This document shows, one piece after another, positions 26,388-37,208 of a DNA stretch of 64,000 nt. This stretch comes from Hyphochytrium catenoides (taxonomy: Eukaryota; Protista; Hyphochytriomycota), in NCBI GenBank assembly GCA_900088475.1, contig FLMG01000368.1, positions 1 to 64,000 on the forward strand, written 5' to 3'. How positions within the stretch are numbered: position 1 is the first letter of the stretch; each line of letters starts with the position of its first letter. The notes beneath the pieces were generated by a model. That model was not told the DNA's origin. It did no database searches and saw nothing but the letters and a program-made list of their open reading frames with translations. The position numbers and the translations under genes are program-made.

Positions 26388-26850
26388 GCTCCCCTTTTTC
26401 TCTCCTCTCTTCGTCTCTCTCTCTTTTTCTCTGTGTCTCTCTCTGTGTCTCTCTCTCTCTCTCTTTCTCTCTCTGTCCTTCTCTCTTTCTCTCTCTCTTT
26501 CTCTCGCTCTCTTTCTCTCGCTCTCTTTCTCTCTCCTCTCTCTCCTTTTCGTTCTCTTCCCTTTCTCCTCCTCTCCCTCTGTCTGCCCGCTCGCTCTTTC
26601 GCTAGTCTCTCTCGTTGTCTCTCCTCCCTAAGGACCTGCATTTCTCTCCCATACACTTCCTCTCCCTTCCTCTTTTTGCCCTTCCTCCCTCTCCTCTCTC
26701 TCTGTGTCTCTCCTACACCAGCTTGCGCTTCCGCACTTGAGCTTCTCTTGCTTAGCCTTGCTCTTCTCTTTCCCGCTCTAGAAGCTCCTCCTGATCCGAC
26801 ATCCAACCCCTCTCTCTCCTCCCTCTGACATCATTCCCTCCTCTCTTCCG
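26388..26850. repeat. About 450-bp CT-rich polypyrimidine/polypurine tract
   Basis: The + strand is almost entirely C/T, upstream of the PI-PLC-like gene. Confidence 0.9.
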
Positions 26851-27014
26851 CCTCAACGCTCAAGCGTCTCTGTCTGCCACGCCACCCGCTCGCCGCCTGA
26901 AGGTCGGCATTGCTCACCTTCTTACCGCTGCGTGGCGCCATCCTCTGCTCTTCTGAGGCGGTGACAGGCATCGGCCTCAAGGAGCAAGAGTCCTCACTCT
27001 TGCGAACACGAAGG

Positions 27015-29411
27015 ATGGCGACTGAGAGCTTTCCACGGCGCAGCGGTTGGAGACTTTTGCTTGCTCTTCTCCCAACCGTGGCCGTCGTCTGCTACACTGC
27101 TTCTATCGTCTCGCGGGATGCTGTTTCCCTTCAAACATCCCCGCAAAGATCTCTGCAAGCTCGTGATGCACTGACTGAAGAGAAGAGAGAAATTGCAGAT
27201 GATTTGGCTGTGTACGCACCCTTTCCCATCACAGAGACTCCCGACACGGTGCCGAAGGGCGTGCAATGCAAGAAGAAGAAATATTGCGATAGGCACAACA
27301 TATGCGCCATCGTCTGCGAAAGAGGGTTAGTCTCTGCCTCAGTTCTCCGCTGTTTATATTAGACAAGGGCTTTGAGAGCGATAAGCTGATTGCTGTGCAC
27401 TTTGTAGATCTGTGAAGATTGACCCATGGCTGGCACATGCGCTGAAGTTCCAGCGCAAGCTCGCTTACAAGGAGAATATCTGCCGAGCACAGCTGCCTGG
27501 CTCTCATAACACTGCCATTGACCTTGCTGATGTAGGAACAAGCTCCGCCACTATCCCTTTCGCGCTGACCTCAGCGCTGAGACTGACAAACCCACCCTGC
27601 CTTGCTTTTCCCCACCTGCGAGTAGGGCTACGGCGTAGAGGACCACGTGTATGATAAGCTTCTGAAGTTCATCTCTTGGGTTGACAAGAACTCCCACGTG
27701 AACACCAATGATCAGGTCAAGAGGCAGGCTCATCGTCTCTTCTTCTCTCTTAATATCTTCTCTATTTGCCTTGCTGCAGTTGCCATCTGACCTTTCCTTT
27801 CCCTCCTGTATCGTCNNNNNNNNNNNNNNNNNNNNNNNNNNNNNNNNNNNNNNCTCTCCCCTCTCTCTCTCTCTCTCTCCACCCCACCCCTCTCTCTCTC
27901 CTTTACGCTCTCTCACAGCTCTCTCGCTCCCGCTCTCTTCCTCTCTCTTTCTTCCTCTCTCTCTCTCCCCTTTGCTCCTTGCTAACTGTTCCCATATCTA
28001 CAGTTCTTCTCATTGACAGACTCGCTGAACATGGGCATTAGATTTGTTGAGCTAGACACGCACTGGGTCAAAGGAGACCTTAGAGTTGCGCACTGCGGCG
28101 GACTCCACTCCAAGGTCAGAGTCTGTGTTCCCAAGGTCTTTCTTCTGCTTCTTCCTCCTATCTTCCACCTTTCCTGTGCGTGTCCACGGGTGCAACCATT
28201 TATCTCTGACAATACTTTGGCCCTACTCTAGCCCTTGAATGCGCTGATTAAGGGGCTGAATGCCTTGGCCAAGCTCTTCCACTATGAGATCCAATGGGAT
28301 ACGGAGACTATCGGCTGTAGCCCCAGCGCTAGCTCTATACCTGCAGATGAGCAACGGACTACCCTCTCTGCCTTTCAAGAGATAATGGAATGGATGCAGA
28401 AGCCAGGTAGGACTTCTGTACAAACGTCACGAAGCAATCTCCTTGTTGTCTTCCCGTCACCGAGGCCCGTCCACATCTCAAGGTGATGCTCGCTCTCCAC
28501 AGAGAACCGTGATGAGTTTCTTATGATCTACTTTGATGATGAGGATGACCTTGTCAAGTGGCACAAGCTCGAGAGGCTCAAGGAACTGATATATCAAGTC
28601 TTTCCTCTGTCAATGATTTTCTCTCCCAGTGTCCACGTAAGTGCAACCCCTTACTGTCCTCGCACCATCGTCTTCATCACCTAAAGGCGTCGTGCTCTCA
28701 CTTTAGGCCAAGAGAGGATGGGCGCCGTTGGAAGATCTCTTGAAAGACGGCATCCGCGTCATGTTTTCCAGCGCTACGGACTATGGAAAGGAGATGGCGG
28801 ATCTTATATTCAGCCGACCGCAGGTCTGCCATTGGAAAGAGCCTAATCTTCCACTCTTCCCCTATCCCAACTGCACCTTCCGCGATGGAACGGTAGCCAA
28901 TAGCGACATTCTACTGCGTCCTACCTCAAGTGAAATACAGATGGGCCCGTTCAACGCTGGGGGCCATCTAGGTCCAAACAGGAACTTGGTGAATGAGAGC
29001 ACTCTGCCAGGGCTGATCAAGTGTAACGTGAATTATCCATCTCCAGACAACGTGACACCGAAACGAATGGAGGCAATGGTCTGGTCTTGGGCAAGAGGCG
29101 AGCCCATAAGCCTCTTCAATACCAACGGGACAGACATCAATGCTGTGTGCCCCTCTCTCTCTGTGAAGGACGGAAGATGGTATGAGATTGACTGCACCCA
29201 GAATGGTAGACCGGCCTGCAGAACAAAGACAGATCCAAATCAGTGGGTTCTTGGGCCAGCTGTGGGGGGAGCTGCGGCGGTCTCTTGTCCTCCCGGGACG
29301 GACTTCACGGCGCCAATCAACGCTTTTCAGAATGCGCAGCTGCAAGCAGCGGCCGGAGATGAGGAGGCTGCTATTGTGTGGTTAAACATAAAAGCTCTGG
29401 GTGTGGAGTGA
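27015..29411 (+). CDS. PI-PLC X-domain/PLC-like phosphodiesterase (Rv2075c-like) with N-terminal signal/anchor and Cys-rich C-terminal domain
   Basis: It has QLPGSHNT, NDQ|FFSLTDSLNMGIRFVELDTHW...RVAHCGG, VWSWARGEP and DGRW...C...RPACR...W...CPPGTDFTAPINAFQN...VWLN. The N-terminal segment is hydrophobic. Confidence 0.82.
27816..27853. other. Assembly gap (N run) inside a CT-rich intron
   Basis: 38 N. Confidence 1.
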
Positions 29412-29726
29412 AGGGATAGGTGCGCAGAAAGGCAAATAGCTAGCTTAGCTATCAAGAAGAAGCTTTCTCTGTTATTGTCCGACCCATATATGCCTGCTTA
29501 ACGATAGGGTCGACCACAAAGGGACTCTCAAGCACATGGCCCGTTTGACGTCGTAAGTAAGGCCGCATGATTGTCTCCATGCATATATTCAGTAAGGGAC
29601 AGCCAGCTTACGATGTTTAGCACGTTCCAGGTACCTTATTTAGCCCCCCAAGCTCAAAAGTATTGGCATATTGATGCGCTTTAGCTGTCAATCCTATTCG
29701 TTTATTCGAGACGGGATTATCTCTTC

Positions 29727-32700
29727 TTATGTCACATCATAGCCCAGAACAGTTATCACCAGCAGGTATCCGAAGGTGGCAATGAGTGCAAGGGTGATAA
29801 ACTGAAATGGGATGCCGACCTTGGCAAAGTCCTTGACCGAAAGATAGGGCTTGCCGTTGTCATCCTCCACCAGTAGAGAGTTGACGTTGGGAAAGGAGGA
29901 AAACGGAAGAGCCATGGCTGGAGAAAAAAGGGTCAAAGACAGCAGAGAAGGGTGAGCGTCGGTATGACTTCGCCAAATGGTAGTGCCAAGGGTGAGAGCT
30001 CAAGGAAGCGGAGCCCAACCGTCGTAGTAGGCAGAAGAGAGTACCATAAACGGGAAAGGACCTGATAATGTAAGATCAAGAGCTGTAAAGGCATTAGCCC
30101 CAGCAAAGGCTTAACTTGGGATACATCATCGATCCTGCCCAATGTGAACAGAAGACAGAGAGACTCGAACGGTGATAAAATATGGGGGAAAAGGAGAAAA
30201 GTACCGGCCAGCTCCATTTCCTACCGGCAGATATTGCAAAGGCGCTCAGAATGACGGGAATATGAGGAACTCCAAGGTCTACTGCCAGTCTTGCCACCAA
30301 TGGCGTAAGAATGATCGCGCCCACAGTGTGAGAGACAAAGGTAGTGAGCATGATGATAATGACGAGCAGGTACGCGGTCACAAGCCAGACATGCTCCACT
30401 GGAAGCGCAGAGACGACTTGGCGGCTCACTGTCTCCAGAAGACCCGAGGATTGAATGGCCTAAGAGTCAGATATGGGTGAGGTTATAGAATATGGTAGTC
30501 ACACCGCCACAGTGTCAGCAGCTTGTCAAACGCTAGAATTAGTGCCCAATGGGCGTTCTAACCTTGCCAAGGATGCTTCCTCCACCCAGAAGAAAGAGAA
30601 GATGCCATGAGAAGGAATTGAAATCAAATTGAGTCAGGATGCCGGTGCCAAACATGAAGCCCTAATGAAAAGAAGAAAGGTTAGCAGCTTCAGGGTCGTT
30701 AACTCGATTTCTTCTGCCTCCTCCAAGTTGAAGTCCGTCTTCAACAGATTCAGACTCACGCTATAGACTTAGCTGGCCACGGCGGTCTCGGCCACTTTGC
30801 ACATACGTCCCCTTGTCTAATCTTTGCTCCTCTTCTCTTAATATGCATCTGAACACCGCCGCCATGAATCCGTTTCCGGCCTTTCTATATCGTTTTCTCT
30901 CTATTATCTATACTTACCATGAAGAGCATCGCAACGATGCCCAAGTCTCCGAATACTGGCTTTATAAACTGAAAGAGAGCCCAGAAGCCGATGGTGGTAA
31001 GACTCGCAACGACTACCACCACGTGTACGCGGGAAATTGGTCGCTGATCGTAGACGATGGTGGGAATGGAAGTTGCGTCTTGGGGGTTCATCATGAACAA
31101 GAGGAATGCCCAGCACTGTTTTAGCAAGCAGTAATTAGGTGACTACGGACGAAAGACGGCTCGCCGCCAAGGGAATGCACGGAGTACACAAGAAAAGCAT
31201 GAGGAGCGAACTGCCAAAGGCCGTTTTGATGAAGTCTGCCAGATGTCATGGTTATGGAAGAAGGACCGAGGAAGAGAGCTACTTGAGAAGGGGACAGAAG
31301 GCCGACCAGCAGCTAAAGATAGGAGCCGGAGAGAAGCACATGTTGCTTGAAAGAGGAAGGAAAGCCTTACCATGAGAATTCCTACACAGCACATGGGGGT
31401 CGCGATAAGCATCCACTGGCCGAACGTTACGTCAAAGCCCGCCTTTTGCAGGTAAACAACAGCTAGGGCATTCTGAGGCAGAGTCCTGTTAGTTTACCAC
31501 TGCTTCCATGTTATGAAGGAAAGTCACATGATTTGAGCCAGGGAATAAATGTGAGGAAGCACATGTGCTCTATCTCTACAGATGCCATGAGCCTCCTCCA
31601 GAGAGGTCTGGGCACTGGTACCGAGATAGAGCAGAGGGAGAAAAGTAATAGTTACCTGCAAGGAGGAGATGGGCGTCATCATTCCTCCAAGGTTACAAGA
31701 GAAGGCTAATCCTAAGAGGACTGTTTTCACATATGGACTATCTCGAGGGAAGTCTCTGATAATAGGCAAGAGAACCTGGAGCAAGAAAGAAGAATCCTCG
31801 TCAAAATAGTTCTCCACCGTCTGTCCTTGACCACACTGCCTTGCTGTCCCTTGCCCTATACACAATCCTTCTATCCCCTCGATCTCTCTCGGTGCCCCTT
31901 CTGTCCTGATCATTCATTTATGAGGTGTAAGCCTACCGTGACGCAAAGGACTGGTGCTGTGTGGTTGCTGATCCACATAGAGAGGAAAAGCCCCATGTAC
32001 ATGAAGGCGAGGAGAAAGAGACGAGGTCGGCTTCCGAAGACCCTTTGCAGATAGGACGCGATGTAAAGCTCGATCTGACACTTAGCAAAGGCCGCTGATA
32101 TCGCGTAACTGTATGCAAAACCCATGTAAGGGATACTTCCAGTTAAGCAAGGGCTGGGTAAAACAAAAATTGTCTGGGAAAGCATAGGGAGACTACCTTA
32201 AGCAAGGGCTGGGTAAAACAAAAATTGTCTGGGAAAGCATAGGGAGACTACGAGAAAGCAACATCCTGCTTGATGCCGATGCAAGAGAGGGAGGAACAAA
32301 CAGGTGCTTGAGACGTTACCCGCCAAGAATGACAATAGAAGTGTGGTCCAGTAGCTCTCCTAACAGAGCCTTTCCAACTGAAGGAGCATCTAGCGCTCTC
32401 GACCGGTCGTTAGGGTCTGTCATTACCTGCATTACCACGGTAAGTTGATAACCAACACAAGAGGGAATCACATCAGGAACAGAAAAGAGCTGAAAGCATG
32501 CTAGTGATATGCTTGTAGAAGGGCTTTGAAAGCTTTGCGTCTGGACGCCACACAGATCAAGGAGAGTCTAAAGGATAGTGTATATCCTCTTCGATCGAGA
32601 AAGGTTCCTACTGATTAAGGGCTACTGGTGAAGAGTTGGCGGCCATTTATCGCACCTGTAGGAAGACTACTAGTCCAGGAATCAATAAGGCAGTTGCGAA

Positions 32701-33674
32701 ATAAGGTAACGCCTCGGTGATCCATAGAGAGATAACCAGTCCTAACAACGCTAAACAACGGTGCTCTATTTCACGGTCTAGGTCAAAAGCGAGTTTAGTC
32801 AAATAAGCCAACCAACCCAGATATGTCTCCCTCGCGTCAGTCCTCTCTCTATTGGAGCTACCATCCTTTGTCGTGAGTGCAAACACCTTCCTCCTCCACA
32901 ATTGTTAATGTCTGTCAAGTCACATTTGGTAGTACACCCCCCACACCGCAATCAACAAGGCCATAAACAATCCCCCAATCTTCTGCGTCGTTCAACCATA
33001 GGACCTCCTCTTCAACCCCTGATATACGTACCTGCTGGAAAAAGCGGAAGAAACAAGAGCACGAAGAAGATGACCCACGAAGCAATAAAGGGTTTGATCT
33101 TGACCTTGGGAGAGAGGAAGTGGAGTTAGTGTCATCTACTACCAGGGATGCTCTTAGAGGTATCTTTCGTGTCTTACTAGTCTAAAGATAGCTTCATTGT
33201 CTTGGGCACTCTTCCGCATCCGTCCCTCTACGTTGCCTTGTTCTAGCTTATCTCTGAATACCGGTAATCGTGGGAGACAGGTCAGGGTAAGAGAGACGAA
33301 GGGTCACCTCATCAAAGGGACATTATAGCTGAGTACAGACCCGACAGATAAAGACAAGGACAAGATAGCAACAAAAAAAAAAGATGATGCAAACACCACT
33401 CCAAGCTTGCAACCTGCTGACGACGTTGCACAGGATGTCCATCTGTGCGTCTAGGTCTACAGCCTTATAGAAGTGTGCCTCCTGTAGCTTCTCAACAAAT
33501 TGTGCGCTCTCGGACTCTCCTAGGGTTTTATCGTACTGGAGGATCGAAGTTATGAGCCCCATGACGGAATGCGTGGCTAAAAAAGCGGGAAAGGAGTAGC
33601 ACGACAAGCTATAGACCTCGAAGAGCTGCTTGGGCAAGGATAACGCCTGGTAAAGGAGTGGAACAGTGGAAGGA

Positions 33675-33705
<31 letters not shown>

Positions 33706-34769
33706 CGAACTTAGCATACTCGTCTACCTTCTTCACTATCTTCCGGAAGCCCTGGAAATTTAGCTTCACATAGTTCCGGAGGTCCACCAGGCTATCGTAG
33801 AGCTCTTGGATCCCAGCAAACCCTCTATCAAAGTCTGCCATAGGACCGCGCGCCGGAAAGAGTTCAAGAAAGGCAGGATTTCGGACATTAAGTCTTCACT
33901 AGGTTATCAAATGGCCAGCCCTTTTACCTGTTGACACTGTTTTGGGCCGGCCATGGACGTGGCCACGAGGAGTCGTAGACGAGAGAAAGGCAATTTCCAC
34001 CTTCATGATGCGCTGCGTCAACTCTTCCATCTACCAAGAGAATGTATGAGGACAAAGAGGAACAGTATAGTGTCAGAGGGCTGCTATGGAAAAATAGTCG
34101 GCCCAGGAAGTAGAACTAAGAGAACCATACGGGTCTGCACCAGATCCCATCCTCTCTGCGCCTTTTCACTCCGATCCAATCTTCAATATGGTCTCCCTTC
34201 TCCCTCTATTCCGTCTGCCAGGCTATGTCAGACTTCCCTAATCCTGCCTTCAGCTCTTTGTCCTCGCACTCTAAGGCTATGGGAGTTGATACCTTGCTAA
34301 AGTAGAACTGGTTGGCGACGGCCAGCTGCGAATCCAGGAAGGTCCAGAATTCCTGTTTTGCAGCTTCCTCCTCGCTTCGATCCACCACCTTCTTTACTAG
34401 CGGGGTCGTCTCTGAATCGTTTGCCTTGAACCACATAGAAAGAGTCAGAGGAAACACTCAGAGTTTATCGAAGATGGAGCTGAAGGTAGGGCGTAGTGGC
34501 AGGGCTAGACAGAAAAAGCGAAGCAGGTGAAGGAGGACAGAACAAACAACTAGCATTTGCACGGTTAGCCAGCTGAGAAGTTTCGGCTGGCAGCGGGCGA
34601 ACAGCTTGGACAGTGGACTCACCGCCTTCTTGACCGCTTCTTCTTCCTTATCCGCCGCTTCCTTAGCGAATTTGATCCGCTTGATGACCCTCTTAAGTTT
34701 CTTATAGGGTACGTAATAGTCCTGCCACTCCGGCACCATGTGCACCTCTATCTGCTTCCCAAACTTCAT
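29727..34769 (-). CDS. SPX domain + SLC13/CitMHS permease (Pho87/Pho90/Pho91- or PTC-like phosphate transporter)
   Basis: The SPX part has MKFGKQI...VPEWQDYYVPYKKLKRVIK and YVKLNFQGFRKIVKK|YDK. The permease part has LWITEALPYFAT, LSMWISNHTAP, LAFSCNLGGMMTPISS, TFVSHTVGAIILTP and MALPFSSFPN. Confidence 0.93.
32143..32251. repeat. Exact 54-bp direct repeat (55-bp period) in an SPX-SLC intron
   Basis: ttaagcaagggctgggtaaaacaaaaattgtctgggaaagcatagggagactac occurs twice. Confidence 0.95.
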
Positions 34770-35596
34770 CTTGCAGCAGCAGCTTCAGTTGCTGATACTT
34801 TGGCGATAACGTCCACGAAGACCGCCCAAGCGCTGTACCAGAGGCCAAAGACTAAAACTGTGTTGCCGCTGTGCTAGCTACAGATTTACCAGTGATGCCA
34901 CCAACCTGCACCCTCCATCACCCGCAGCTACTTGCTGCTTCTCTCTCAGTGCCTCTCACACCTCAAGCTTTCTGGCACCAAAATATCGATACTGTCGCTA
35001 TCTCCTTGCTTGCTGCTCATGCAAAGAGCTTTCCTCTGCGTGGCACCTCAGCCTACTACGTCGCGGTGGCAACCTAGCTAGCTGGCTGGCCGTACAAAGT
35101 TCATAAACATCTCGCACTTTTGCACTCTGAAAGTCGTAGAGAAGCGATCTTGCGCCAAAACTTTTTGATGGGGGAAGACATGACTAATCATATTCATTCG
35201 GAATGAGCATGGGCGTTAATGTAATAAGTTCTGCCCTAAGAGCTCTTATTAAGTATATAGTTCATGCTCATGTGAAAGCTTGACTGGCGAGGAGATTTCT
35301 GCGTCCGACCATCGAGCTTCATGATGCTTTCGTCCTCCTCTGTCCCTGCACTACTGCTCTCCTCTCTCTTCCTCTCGTTCGTCCAAACAGATTGCTAGAA
35401 TGTCTACATTGTAGGGAAAGTTTGAAAGGAGGCAACAGCTCCATTGCCAGGGACCTACCTACGGCGGGGACAGCACCATGAGAGGACCTCTTGAGCCCTG
35501 GTCCGCAGCGACAAAAGGGCATTCGAGTATTTAGAGACTGCGGGGCAGAGAGTTCGTGGCGTCTAGGTAAGCGGCAGAGGGCTGCATAGAGACTAA

Positions 35597-37208
35597 ATGA
35601 CACACTCGCTGGCCGCGGATAACAATGAAGAAGAAGAAGCAGTGGGGACGATCGTTCGAAAGATTGTTGTCGGTAAAAAGCTTGCCTTCATCACTCTTCT
35701 CCGAGGGCAATGGTGGACCCGGGAAAGGCCAACGTCGGCTTCAGACGAAGGGTCAGAGGCTGTAGCTGTGGATGACGGCGTACTACAGTCCATCTCACCT
35801 CCCGAGACACAGGAGCTGATAGAAATTGTACTGTCGGCTGACTTTGGACCACGGGAGAGTCGGAATAGTCTAACCTACAGGATCAGAGAAGTGGCCAGGC
35901 CGGGTGACTTTCTGGCTGCAATTGTAGCCAAGGAAGTGGATAGCGATGGGAAACAACGCCGGAGTCGGCCTGGATTCCCGAGCTTTAAGTTGCTAGACGC
36001 TAAGCAGCACACTCCCCTCCCAAACCCTGGACAGGAGTGGGACAAGGTCTTCTCAGACAGCATCATTGCACGGCATAGCGCGTATCTTCGTCGACAAACC
36101 TCCGGAAGTGCTAGCCTCAATGACAAGCAGCAACTCGTTGCCCCTTCAACCTCAAAGCAGAATCCTTCATGCACTAAGACCGGGCCGACAGCGGGACTGC
36201 TACCTGTCTGCCGAAGCTGGGTGTATGGCTGCTGTGAGGAAGGTACACATTTTAGAAGACACTGTAAGTATCGGCACTACTTTCTCTCTCCGGAAGAAGA
36301 GGCTTATCATATGAAGCTAAAGGAAAGAGCCAAAGAGGAGAGTGAGAGACAAAGAGAAGAGAATGTGGACCCGGATGACCCCCATGCAGATAAGCATGGA
36401 AAAGCCTTTAGTGACAGAGCATTTGTTGATTGGCTGCTGTCAACGTATGGGCGTGACTTTTTAAGCCAGGGCAGCGGCGTTATCGATGTCGCCGGAGGTC
36501 GGGGTCGCATTTCCTTCCAGCTCCATTGTCAAGAACGAATCGCCTGCACTCTGGTGGATCCACGGGACGTGAAGCAGCATCGCTGGCAGCGAAAGATTGT
36601 GAAAAAGCTCCAGAAAGAGCAGGAGAGGAACGCTCCAAGTCTGACTGGGTCTTGTTTCAAAGGACTGCCAATAAATGAGATAAGCCAAGGCAGTGGGGCT
36701 GCCCTGAAGCCCATGTTCCTTCACATTCAGCGGCTCTTTGACGAGGAGTTATTTATTGATGCAGAATACCGCCCAGTCCTGGAGGCATCATCAATGGTCA
36801 TAGGAATGCACCCAGACCAAGGTAAGGAGGAATTGTCGACGTAGATTTTGTTGGCATGGACGCTGGCTAACGTTGCTTTCTTGCTATTTTCAACTCCACG
36901 CTTCTGACTCTGTCTATCTTCTTAACTGCTGCTGTTTACCACTACTATCTGCACTGTCTGTCATTCAAGCGACAGATGCCATTGTAGACTTTGCACTGGC
37001 ACAGAAGAAAGCATTTGCCATTGTTCCATGCTGTGTGTTTACGAAGCTGTTTCCTCACCGACGCACTCCAGAAGGCCTTGAAGTCCAGACCTATCAAGAC
37101 CTTATCGCGTATCTTACAAACAAGCATCCTTCTATAAGGAAGGCCCATCTCTCCTCCGAAGGCAGGAATGCTATTCTATACCTTCTTCCATCTGATTACG
37201 ACGAGTGA
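35597..37208 (+). CDS. Uncharacterised SAM-dependent methyltransferase-like protein with N-terminal OB-fold-like segment and CCCH zinc finger (2 exons)
   Basis: It has GTIVRKIVVGKKLAFITL (OB-like) and CRSWVYGCC...CKYRH. The methyltransferase-like part has motif I VIDVAGGRG, TLVDPR and GMHPDQ|ATDAIVDFALAQKKAFAIVPCCVF. Confidence 0.8.

Noticed and set aside
26294-26828. Long Arg/Glu-rich or Ser/Leu-rich ORFs (also 15485-15731 and 39732-40288)
   Set aside because: These are translation artefacts of CT/GA microsatellites and N gaps.
34770-35596. P1BS (GNATATNC) phosphate-starvation element upstream of the SPX transporter
   Set aside because: No exact match was found on manual inspection.
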